64,000 nucleotides of DNA from Macrostomum lignano. Its lineage: Eukaryota. Where the stretch lies: the NCBI GenBank assembly GCA_002269645.1, contig NIVC01001895.1:60772-124771 (forward strand). The letters are read 5' to 3'. Shown here one piece after another: positions 25,101 to 35,399 of this stretch. The notes under the pieces are model-generated. The model worked only from the letters and a program-made list of their open reading frames with translations, was not told where the DNA came from and did not search any database. Both the position numbers and the translations under genes were made by a program. The first letter of the stretch is position 1. Each line of letters begins with the position of its first letter.

Positions 25101-26239
25101 AAATTTATTTAGTCCGCTTAGAGTTCTTGTTTGGCTATAGAATTTGCTGAATCATAGAATTCTTTCCATGGAGGCTCCAGCAGCACAGAGACGAGTCGCT
25201 GTTTCGCAGCAAGACAGGCGAAGGCTGGTCAATGCCTTTGTTCTCAACGAGGACTGGCTCAATCTGGCAAAACAGCTCAACATACCGCGCCAGTCTGCAA
25301 GGAATGTTATCGTTAAGTTTGAGCGAACTGGTCGTGTCGAGGCGGAAAAGCGAGGAGGCAACAAGCCGAAAGCTCTGAGTGATGAGATGATCGAGGCTCT
25401 CGTGGGATTTGTGGCGGACACGCCAGCTGCGACACTACAAGACATGCGGAGACATCTTATGTGTTTTTGCGCCTTTTTGAAAGTTTACGATCTCGTTGAC
25501 CATATTCATTTCACTTTGACTAAATAAAAGTCACGATCTCGTTGCGCGCGCTAAAAACGACTATATTGAATTCACCGTCTATGGCTGCAAGCTAATTGAA
25601 GCGACTAAATCAAACTCACTTCGCTCAGTGGTAGGAGCACTTGGACTAGATAAATTTCACTTATGCCCAACAACACTGTTAAAAGGTATATTACTATTAT
25701 TATTCATTTACTTTGTCTATGAGCCCAGTATGTAGTCTACTATCTAGCATCTACTGAAAATAAATGACAAAGGACCGAATTAACTAACATTGTAACTAAC
25801 AATCACAGTTTGAATTTCCTGAAGCTGAAGGATTGGAATTGTGCAATGTAATTTACACTTATACAACAAATATAAACTGTGTTTGTCCCAAGTCATTCAT
25901 GAGCTAACGTCGCGCCCAAAAGGCTTACAATTGAAGTGAAGTACAAATGAATATTGTACCTTTATCGGTGGAAAAAGTGTATTAATTTATTAAAATGATT
26001 GACCAAAATAAGCGTGAAAATGTTCGGGGTTACGTTCGGGGTCGGGTCGGGTTTTGGTACCGGGTTCGGGGTTCGGGGTTGGAAGAAATGTTCGGGACGG
26101 GGTTCGGGGTTCGGGGTAGGGGTACCGGGTTCGGGGTAAACCCCGAACCCCGAAAAAATGGCCGACCCGAACACCCCTACTCCAGCCTCTCACCGACATC
26201 GCCGGAGTTCTGCAGTCGATCATCTGCATCCAACTCCAT
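14976..26239 (-). CDS. PACC1: Proton-activated chloride channel (PAC/TMEM206) homologue. Exons: 26239-26180 plus 24108-24065 (split by the hAT insertion), 23613-23282, 19449-19375, 18375-18141, 16385-16229, 15473-14976. 466 aa if restored; 377 aa from the ATG at 23450
   Basis: All five introns are GT-AG with consistent phases. Gapless motif matches to recalled human PAC: LRFPVRSLKHRPVEEFEAP vs LKHPVMSVSYKEVDRYDAP; IFPEKAHLESCNH vs LYPGQAQLLSCKH; GPRRVKEKETVSLHF vs GPREVKKRELVFLQF; SAGLRLWGKISM vs SGGFRTWVKMSL; FFLFFEWK and WSVGASLCGVLLTLHK vs FFVVFEWK and WNTIALLCGAFLALFK. Two predicted TM helices. Confidence 0.88.
15590..16145. repeat. 16-bp minisatellite (TTGTGAAATTTAGGTC) embedded in a copy of the foldback-element arm
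   Basis: Direct reading; both flanks match the reverse complement of 11085-11180. Confidence 0.92.
16448..18118. repeat. 45-bp satellite, about 37 copies, filling a PACC1 intron
   Basis: Period 45; it generates the spurious 574-aa ORF (HITEMSTSIAHSGDN)n. Confidence 0.96.
18590..19205. repeat. Degenerate (CAA/AAC)n microsatellite region
   Basis: Direct reading. Confidence 0.92.
19850..20590. repeat. About 33-bp minisatellite (GCGCCACTACTGAAGGATCTGAGGGAGACAGTA)
   Basis: Direct reading. Confidence 0.92.
21046..23277. repeat. 25-bp satellite (AAAGCATCGGTCAGAAGCTGCTCAT), about 89 copies
   Basis: Period 25; runs up to the PACC1 donor site at 23281. Confidence 0.96.
23644..23975. repeat. (TCTAA/TCTAG)n pentanucleotide microsatellite
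   Basis: Direct reading. Confidence 0.95.
24117..26179. mobile_element. Non-autonomous hAT-type DNA transposon, 2063 bp
   Basis: Perfect 14-bp TIR TAGGGGTGTTCGGG. Perfect 8-bp TSD CTCCAGCC at 24109-24116 and 26180-26187. Subterminal TTCGGG(G) repeats at both ends. Confidence 0.92.
24914..25688 (+). mobile_element. Internally deleted Tc1/mariner (IS630-Tc1-mariner) element nested in the hAT
   Basis: About 85-bp near-perfect inverted termini flanked by TA. ORF 25168-25527 encodes a paired-type HTH, an RGGNKPK linker and a second HTH; no DDE domain. Confidence 0.82.
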
Positions 26240-26619
26240 CTTGTTGGCAATTCGATATTTCGTTCAATATTTTACCTATTTAGACAAACATATAGGTGCT
26301 CTGAAGCTCAGATAAAATGATTAAAAATATGAGAAGCCAAATCAAAAACCATCGTAGGTCTTGCAGGCAAACTAAATTATTTAATCCCCTCGCATCCTCA
26401 TCCTGCACGTGATGAAACTGGGAGGCAAAATCGCTGATTGGCTGGACTCGCGCACCCCTCCATCAGAGCGCCCCGCTAACCGAATGGGCATCTGGAAGTC
26501 CACGCAAAGGGGGAAGAGGAGCAAAACTTGGGGGCGTACAAGGACTACTTGAGATTTCTATCTGGAATAGAAACTTCAATTTTTGAATTTTCAAAAATTC
26601 TGTCATTGCTCAGAGAATT

Positions 26620-26985
26620 TTTATTTCCAGGCCGAGGAGGCTGTGTTTACCAGCTGGCGCACTCTAAGCGACATTGTCACACAACCGGCGAGAGGCATTA
26701 CTGCCCATTCTGCCGACTCCCCTGAGCAGGCACACAAGCGCGCGGATACGTACGCAGTCATAGGCACAGGCACTCACACAGGAGAGTACAGTGGCCCTAA
26801 CTTTATTTATCGTTAGGCATGTACACTTCACTGTGCCTTGGGGGTTGGCCCTCAATAGCGTTAATTGCACGAGCAGAGCCGAGCCGAGATTCCAATTTAG
26901 CACCAAAAAATTAATGTGACTGCACCTGGAATCGAGCCTGGGCCGCTGGCTTATCAGAGCGCTTCACTGGACCACTGGGCTACGG
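26620..26985 (-). mobile_element. tRNA-derived SINE, family 2
   Basis: Head has an A box TAGCCCAGTGG and a B-box-like GGCTCGATTCC. The 3' part recurs at 56723-56820. Confidence 0.6.
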
Positions 26986-27454
26986 TTCTTGCATAGAATT
27001 TGAATATATTTCAGTGAAATATGACTCAGAAATCTAGGACTTCAAGGAAGTAGAATTAATCGTCCAAGTTCTGAATACTGGAGTCCTTGAGCCTGACTAG
27101 CCGACCAACCACGCCGGTGTCCCAGCTGTCAGGGAGTGGCTATGGTTATTGCTAAAAAAGGGATATGGCAATAGAGGCCGAAAAGTACACAGCCGCATGC
27201 CATTTCCGACTAGTAAATTTGGTCGCAGCATCCAGGCGGATTCTTGGGGGCGTCTTTCTTCAGTTGAAAATTTCATCACACCAGGAATTTAATTAAATTA
27301 GCTCTAGCACTAGGTTAGCTGACAAAGTAGAATTCTAGTAATGCGCAGGAAGTTCAAAGTTGAAAAAATGTTTAAAAATCAAGACCATGAAACGAAGTAC
27401 AAGGCTAATAAATAAGCATAAAAACTTTTTAACGGTTTGCCCATTGCGTTAGCT

Positions 27455-27882
27455 TGGTAGTTGTAGAAAATGTTCCAGAACACGCCGAAAAGAAACATGC
27501 ATGCCAGCACAACCCAGCACACAATCGACACCTTGCTCTCCCACGGTTTCTTGTCGATGTTTCGTAGAATGGGAACTCCAGCAAAGAACCCAGCCAGCAG
27601 GCCTCCGACGTGAGCAGCAACGCTCACAGGGAGGGTTTGAGTTCCGGAGTAGCGTCCATAGAAACTAATGCCAAAGTCCAGGATGAGCAAGAGGGTCAGA
27701 TAGACAAGGCGCATGATCCCACTCAGAAGGAATTTCAGCGGATTTGCTCTGATATCCAGCCAGTCATCCTGCAGCTCCTCCCAGTTCATGAGCACTGTGG
27801 CATAGTGGGCTCCGAACAAAGCGTACACCCCACCGGAGGCTCCGATCAGCATGGTGTTGTGGTCTGCGATGCTGCTAGCCAT
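27455..27882 (-). pseudogene. 5'-truncated rhomboid copy (from just before the GASGG helix to the C-terminal TM helix)
   Basis: Near-identical to copies A and B from MASSIADH to FWNIFY. No homology upstream; 3-nt deletion then an unrelated C-terminus. Confidence 0.85.
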
Positions 27883-28947
27883 GGATTTTTCCGCTATTGT
27901 TGTCAATAGAAATTCAAAGCTTCACAATATCAGAACAACCCTTAGGCTGCACCGTGTATAGTATCCATGGTTGTCCATCGCTGTATGCGTTTATCAGGAG
28001 CTGACATACTCAATTAATATTATACTCAATCTCCAAGTAGGCTTGGAGATCAAAATATCTATATTTCTTTATGCGCGAGAAATCTTCGAAAGAGTCAGCC
28101 GCCATCTTCGTCCATTTGGCCGACCCTTAACTGCCTTGAGCTCCATATTTTGCCTGAAGTTTTTAAATGCTAGAGGGCTTCTGGGGTTGCTCAGAACCTT
28201 GGAGACAAGGCTTATACAGGATCTGGTATCTAAGTTTAGATAGCTGGCTTTCGGTCTAATGCTGTTTTGCTTTAAACACCATCTTCCTTAGTAAATTTAC
28301 TTCACAATAGTGTGACTCCACAAAGTCAAAACCTACATGTAGTCGATTCAAAAATCTTTATTCCTTTCTTTTGTTGCCTCCCCAGAGGGGGGCGCAGATC
28401 GCTAGTCCATACACTATTTATCCAGGCGTAGCCTTTAAAGTTGGATATGCAACTAGCTTAACCACTGCACCGTCTGTCCAAGTTGTTTATTATTGTGAGA
28501 CATTTTCAGGCTGCGAAAGCCCAACATCATGAGCATGAAGATAGAATGTGAGATAGAGAGAGCTGGGGGCGCTCTATCGCTTCGTTTGCTGTCCGTCTAT
28601 TCAGTTTTTTTCTATATAGAAGTAACTGAGAAAGTAAGAAGCTTCTAACTAAAATATGGACGGAAAGTAAGGGTTCTAACGGACAAGAGCAGTTTGTTTT
28701 CAAAATTTTGACAAAAGAGACTTAATTAATATTGTCCTTTTTTCGTAAAACAAGATGACAAATTTTTTTTTGTTTTTCGATCGAATTAACTTCTTATGCC
28801 AGGATTGCGATGACCAAGTTGCTGCAGAAACTCAATTTCATTCATTTTATAGAATATCGAGCGCTCGATATTCTCTGATTCATTTCTAAACCGCTAATTT
28901 CTTCCTCTAGTATTGATCGATCAAGATGCCACAAACATCTAGCTACA

Positions 28948-30072
28948 TGCTTTCAACCATAGACAGTCTCTGCTGAGCCCTAAATCGCCACAAAGCATAC
29001 AAGCGCATAGCTAAACGTTTTTCAACCATAGACAGTCTCTGCTGAGCCCTAAATTGCCACAAAGCATACAAGCGCATAGCTAAACGTTTTTCAACCATAG
29101 ACAGTCTCTGCTGAGCCCTAAATTGCCACAAAGCATACAAGCGTATAGCTAAACGTTTTTCAACCATAGACAGTCTCTGCTGAGCCCTAAATCGCCACAA
29201 AGCATACAAGCGCATAGCTAAACGTTTTTCAACCATAGACAGTCTCTGCTGAGCCCTAAATCGCCACAAAGCATACAAGCGCATAGCTAAACGTTTTTCA
29301 ACCATAGACAGTCTCTGCTGAGCCCTAAATCGCCACAAAGCATACAAGCGCATAGCTAAACGTTTTTCAACCATAGACAGTCTCTGCTGAGCCCTAAATT
29401 GCCACAAAGCATACAAGCGCATAGCTAAACGTTTTTCAACCATAGACAGTCTCTGCTGAGCCCTAAATCGCCACAAAGCATACAAGCGCATAGCTAAACG
29501 TTTTTCAACCATAGACAGTCTCTGCTGAGCCCTAAATCGCCACAAAGCATACAAGCGCATAGCTAAACGTTTTTCAACCATAGACAGTCTCTGCTGAGCC
29601 CTAAATCGCCACAAAGCATACAAGCGCATAGCTAAACGTTTTTCAACCATAGACAGTCTCTGCTGAGCCCTAAATCGCCACAAAGCATACAAGCGCATAG
29701 CTAAACGTTTTTCAACCATAGACAGTCTCTGCTGAGCCCTAAATCGCCACAAAGCATACAAGCGTATAGCTAAACGTTTTTCAACCATAGACAGTCTCTG
29801 CTGAGCCCTAAATCGCCACAAAGCATACAAGCGCATAGCTAAACGTTTTTCAACTATAGACAGTCTCTGCTGAGCCCTAAATCGCCACAAAGCATACAAG
29901 CGCATAGCTAAACGTTTTTCAACCATAGACAGTCTCTGCTGAGCCCTAAATCGCCACAAAGCATACAAGCGCATAGCTAAACGTTTTTCAACCATAGACA
30001 GTCTCTGCTGAGCCCTAAATCGCCACAAAGCATACAAGCGTATAGCTAAACGTTTTTCAACCATAGACAGTC
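28948..30072. repeat. 69-bp satellite, about 16 copies
   Basis: Period 69; it generates the spurious 388-aa ORF. Confidence 0.95.
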
Positions 30073-31224
30073 TCGGCGCAGAAATGAAACCACGTTTGAA
30101 ATTTTTCAATTAACGACAAGACAAGACATTTCAATTTAGCCTGGACCGAGGGGAAGGGTTTCTGGGGCAGAGGGTCCGATGGGTAACTTTAGACTCTCGT
30201 TCGGGAAATCGTCCATGAATTTCATTTCGCCCCACTGGTGGGGGTTTGCTTAACCATACTTCTATTATTCGCTGTCGTCTCTCTCAATTGTCAAACAGAG
30301 AGGTAAGGGCTGCTGCGTTTCTGCTAACTTTGCCATATACTTGGTTTGTATTATAATTGAATTATGTATCGTATGCTGTATGCTATATTTACCAACTAGA
30401 ACTGGCACACACCTATAAGGGCGAGCCACCACACTTCGGACAAACATAGGGAGATATCTAAATATAGCACAATACGTATTGCTTTCAGCTAGCACAGAGA
30501 TGACCTCAAAATCTTAGTACGGTCCTAACCCTCTGCAAGACACCAGTGTGTTGTAGAGATTTCTACTCAAAAAACTGAGTAACGTTCAGACTGGTTGCTC
30601 AGAGGGATTTTTTAAAAAAATTGGACAGATTTTTACAGCCTAACGATTTCTTGTTCTCAAGCGATTAATTATAGGGTTTTTTATCGAAATAATATAAGCA
30701 TGAGCTGATCCGGGGCAGATTGCAGTAAGCAATGCTGCTTGCTTCTATAAGCAGAGAGCAGGAAAAATATCGCTTATTCGTGACAACACTGCTCTCGAAC
30801 GCTGACGATTGGGTGACACGCACTAAAACCGCAGATTAGAGTGGGCAATGATTTATTGAATTCACGAGCCATGCACAAACTATTGGCATATATGGCTGAG
30901 GACCATATTAATTAAAGCGTACTAAAAATTGAGAATTTAATGAGCTTGCCCCAGCAGACCAGGTGGCCAATTAAAGAAACTAATTTAATTATAGTTGCAG
31001 GTGACAGCTGCGCAGGAAAGCAAGTCATTATTTCAGTAGCTATAGGAAATGATTCACTTATTATCATTCACATACTGCAACCATTATGAATCGTAATTCA
31101 ATTAATTCTCTGCCATATTCCAGCTACACTTTTCTACGTTTGCACATGCCCCAGTGCGTGACATTCCATCATATCTCGTATAGGTAGTTAGTCAGTTTTA
31201 GGCACTTTTAAAAAGTTCAGGGGG

Positions 31225-32258
31225 CACCAAGGGGCTTTAGCACCAAGGGGCTTTAGCACCAAGGGGCTTTAGCACCAAGGGGCTTTAGCACCAAGGGGCT
31301 TTAGCACCAAGGGGCTTTAGCACCAAGGGGCTTTAGCACCAAGGGGCTTTAGCACCAAGGGGCTTTAGCACCAAGGGGCTTTAGCACCAAGGGGCTTTAG
31401 CACCAAGGGGCTTTAGCACCAAGGGGCTTTAGCACCAAGGGGCTTTAGCACCAAGGGGCTTTAGCACCAAGGGGCTTTAGCACCAAGGGGCTTTAGCACC
31501 AAGGGGCTTTAGCACCAAGGGGCTTTAGCACCAAGGGGCTTTAGCACCAAGGGGCTTTAGCACCAAGGGGCTTTAGCACCAAGGGGCTTTAGCACCAAGG
31601 GGCTTTAGCACCAAGGGGCTTTAGCACCAAGGGGCTTTAGCACCAAGGGGCTTTAGCACCAAGGGGCTTTAGCACCAAGGGGCTTTAGCACCAAGGGGCT
31701 TTAGCACCAAGGGGCTTTAGCACCAAGGGGCTTTAGCACCAAGGGGCTTTAGCACCAAGGGGCTTTAGCACCAAGGGGCTTTAGCACCAAGGGGCTTTAG
31801 CACCAAGGGGCTTTAGCACCAAGGGGCTTTAGCACCAAGGGGCTTTAGCACCAAGGGGCTTTAGCACCAAGGGGCTTTAGCACCAAGGGGCTTTAGCACC
31901 AAGGGGCTTTAGCACCAAGGGGCTTTAGCACCAAGGGGCTTTAGCACCAAGGGGCTTTAGCACCAAGGGGCTTTAGCACCAAGGGGCTTTAGCACCAAGG
32001 GGCTTTAGCACCAAGGGGCTTTAGCACCAAGGGGCTTTAGCACCAAGGGGCTTTAGCACCAAGGGGCTTTAGCACCAAGGGGCTTTAGCACCAAGGGGCT
32101 TTAGCACCAAGGGGCTTTAGCACCAAGGGGCTTTAGCACCAAGGGGCTTTAGCACCAAGGGGCTTTAGCACCAAGGGGCTTTAGCACCAAGGGGCTTTAG
32201 CACCAAGGGGCTTTAGCACCAAGGGGCTTTAGCACCAAGGGGCTTTAGCACCAAGGGG
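31225..32258. repeat. Perfect 16-bp minisatellite (CACCAAGGGGCTTTAG), about 65 copies
   Basis: No variant unit seen. Confidence 0.97.
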
Positions 32259-32862
32259 CGCCACCCAGCATTAAATGAAGCTCCATAAGATATTCCATAA
32301 TCTGTAAATTTTTGAATCGGATAGCTATAGAGCAGCATCTACCAAGTAAAAATAAACTGATCGAAGTATGAACTTTTTTATTCGATGTTAATAACAAGAC
32401 AGGCCTGCTGGTTACAGTGACGCAACAATATCATGAGGAAAAGTAGTTAGGAATTATAAGTAAGACACAATTTTTAAGCTTGTACGGCTTTTCAGACAAC
32501 TTCCCCAAATTTTTACTGAAAAAATTGAACTGGAAGTTGCTAAAAGCGATAGCTAAGGCTTCCTAGTAATGCGCTCGTAGGGAAATGAGAAAATTTTGGC
32601 AGAAATTATACGAAAATTTACACCAGGTAAAAGCAGTTTACGTCAGCCGAGATGATTCTGACGAGGAAATATTTGCTTAGATTACAATTTATAATATGGT
32701 ACACGAGGAAACCTCGATCATTAGATTGCTACTTACAGCAAAAGTGTACATGTTATTGATATCTACTTAGAAAACTGATGAAAACTGACAAAAAACACTT
32801 TTTGGAAGCAAAAAGTCAAAAAACAGATTTGGCAAATTGACTGTCAGTTTCACCTCAAACTC

Positions 32863-34488
32863 TTATCCTTTCGAGTCGGCTAGCGCTGTGTTGGAGCAGA
32901 TGATGCTGTCAGCTGCTGGGTAGTTCTTGTAGAAAATGTTCCAGAACACGCCGAAAAGAAACATGCAAGCCAGCACAACCCAGCACACGATCGATACCTT
33001 GCTCTCCCACGGTTTCTTGTCGATGTTTCGTAGAATGGGAACTCCAGCAAAGAAGCCAGCCAGCAGGCCTCCGACGTGAGCAGCAACGCTCACAGGGAGG
33101 GTTTGAGTTCCGGAGTAGCGTCCATAGAAACTGATGCCAAAGTCCAGGATGAGCAAGAGGGTCAGATAGACAAGGCGCATGATCCCACTCAGAAGGAATT
33201 TCAGCGGATTTGCTCTGATATCCAGCCAGTCATCCTGCAGCTCCTCCCAGTTCATGAGCACCGTGGCATAGTGGGCTCCGAACAAAGCGTACACCCCACC
33301 GGAGGCTCCGATCAGCATTGTGTTATGGTCTGCGATGCTGCTGGCCATGGCACCAATAATGACGCCGATGAAGAAGACTGGTGCAACACGCCAAGCCTTG
33401 TGAACAGTCTCAAGAGGCACACCTAGAAGGAACGACAGGATCGTGTTGAAGACGACGTGGTGGTAGCCATTGTGCAGAAACATGTAGGACACGAAGCGCC
33501 AAGCTTCTTGTCGGAGACTCGGACAGAAGACCAGCGGGCTGTAGTACGGGAATCCTTTTTCCCATCCCACCTTGTTCCACTCGGGTCCCTTGGACAGCTC
33601 AACCGTGTAGATGATGAAGAAGATCCAAACGGCTACATAGAACAGCGGAATGAAGAGCGGCGGCGGCCTGCAGTTGTACGCCTCAAGGTAGCTCTCTTCC
33701 GGGATCGGCTCTCCGGCTTGAGCTGCCTGGATCTTCTCTTTGCGAAGCTTCTTCTGCGCTGCAGGCGTCATGCTCTCGATGAACGAGTTGATGACTCTCT
33801 TCGATCGAGACACCTCCGACTTTTTCGTGTACTTCATTCCGTTAAAGAACTCGTCCCAAGACACTCGTTGGTTTCCGTCCTTGTCCAGCCTCTTAAACAG
33901 TCCCTGAAGGTTTCGAGACCGGTTAAAGTTGACAGACTCTGCCATCTCCATGAACTCCTTGAGCGGCATGCCTCCAGCAGTCACGTACGGATCGAAGCGG
34001 TACTTAAAGTTCTTGGTGAGCCACTCTCTGTACTGGTCTTCGTTTATGTGCTCAGAGTTGTCGCAGTTCGATGAAGCGCACACACTGATTGCGGCACTTC
34101 CGCCTCCGTGACCTCCGTCAGGCTTGTCGTGTCCGGAGACGCTGAGGAAGTTTCTGTTTGTGTTCGACGCAGTGACAGTCGGATGCTGCATCTCGAACTG
34201 CTGGTTCGCGAACTGGGCCTTGAGCGAGTGGCTCGTTCCGTTTCCGTTGGCTGCGGTCCCGCCGCCGATACTTTGCGAGTATTCGTATCGTCCGGTAGCT
34301 GAGGCAGGATACTGCTGGCGGGTGTCCAGCTCCACCCGAACTTCCGGGACAGAGTAGCCATACTGGAGCTGCCGCTGGCCGGACGATGTGGTTGTGGCGA
34401 CTCTCTGCTGCGTCTGGGACTGGTAACTTTGGGACTGGTTGGACTGCTGAGCCTGGGGCTGCATGGTGTAGTAGCCGCGATTGTCCAT
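32863..34488 (-). CDS. Intronless EF-hand-containing rhomboid intramembrane serine protease (Rhomboid-4/RHBDL-like), copy A, 541 aa
   Basis: EF hand DKDGNQRVSWDEF, WR motif, HVVFN, catalytic GASGG and AAHVGG. The ATG at 34488 matches the start of copy B. Confidence 0.93.
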   Translation of the reverse strand: MDNRGYYTMQPQAQQSNQSQSYQSQTQQRVATTTSSGQRQLQYGYSVPEVRVELDTRQQYPASATGRYEYSQSIGGGTAANGNGTSHSLKAQFANQQFEMQHPTVTASNTNRNFLSVSGHDKPDGGHGGGSAAISVCASSNCDNSEHINEDQYREWLTKNFKYRFDPYVTAGGMPLKEFMEMAESVNFNRSRNLQGLFKRLDKDGNQRVSWDEFFNGMKYTKKSEVSRSKRVINSFIESMTPAAQKKLRKEKIQAAQAGEPIPEESYLEAYNCRPPPLFIPLFYVAVWIFFIIYTVELSKGPEWNKVGWEKGFPYYSPLVFCPSLRQEAWRFVSYMFLHNGYHHVVFNTILSFLLGVPLETVHKAWRVAPVFFIGVIIGAMASSIADHNTMLIGASGGVYALFGAHYATVLMNWEELQDDWLDIRANPLKFLLSGIMRLVYLTLLLILDFGISFYGRYSGTQTLPVSVAAHVGGLLAGFFAGVPILRNIDKKPWESKVSIVCWVVLACMFLFGVFWNIFYKNYPAADSIICSNTALADSKG

Positions 34489-35399
34489 CTCTGTTCGGTC
34501 AGTTTTCCAATTTTCTGTTAGACTTTCTTTGCTCAAGTGTTCAGTGAGCTGACTCAGTTCGTTCCTGCCCAACATTTGTATACCATTGAGTGCAACAAAG
34601 CAAGTCACGAAGCCCTCCCCCATTCCCTGGCAGCCAATTCGCTCATGCTAGAAGCATGCTTGCTTCACGCCCTCTACTTCTGCCGAATGAGCGTTTTGCA
34701 TTTGCAGCCTGTAGTAAATGTAGCTCTTTACCAACGCCTTTCGTAATTGAATGCTGTAACACGCTTGGCTAGCTGTGTGCTAAGAATATCATTCTATTTA
34801 CCTGAAATATTTTGTGAAGCGGCAAAATAAGATATTTATTATAAGCCTGCGCTTCAACTCAATACTTTATCGGCGTATTCACTTGGAGCAATGGGTTTAC
34901 TAAAGGGTGTTTACGCGTCTTCGGCTTTGCTTTAATTTTTTGCAGTGGCACGTATAAAACACTTTGTAGCTGCTGGAAACTTCTGAGGAGGTTGCGATGC
35001 ATTTCATTAGTTTATATCGTCTTTTATCATGTTATGCATTGTTCTTCTATTTACTGATCACTAGCGATATGTTCGCTACATTCGCTTGTGAAGTGTATAA
35101 TGTATGTAAAGATTAGCTTCATCGTTTTATTGAATTTTGCTTCGGAAGCCTTTCATTTCAACCTCGTGAAGACGAATCGCATGCTTAGCCATTGTTCAAT
35201 AGATTGACCAGGTAAATCTCTACAATTACCGCTCCTACAATAAATGCAAACGTACCTGCTTAAACGGAACTGATTAATATACCAGGTAGGAAGTCAAATG
35301 CGACTATAACCCAAATAACGTCAAATAATGTACAATCATACAATCATATAATTTCGCGTACATTTCTAGTCGGGGTTGCTGCATACTTTGCGTCTTGCA

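Noticed and set aside
28943-30109. 388-aa ORF of 23-aa repeats
   Set aside because: Stop-free frame of a 69-bp satellite; no unique domain or splice context.
518-32258. Possible CRISPR arrays among the regular repeats
   Set aside because: Units are head-to-tail with no unique spacers, there are no cas genes, and the context is eukaryotic.
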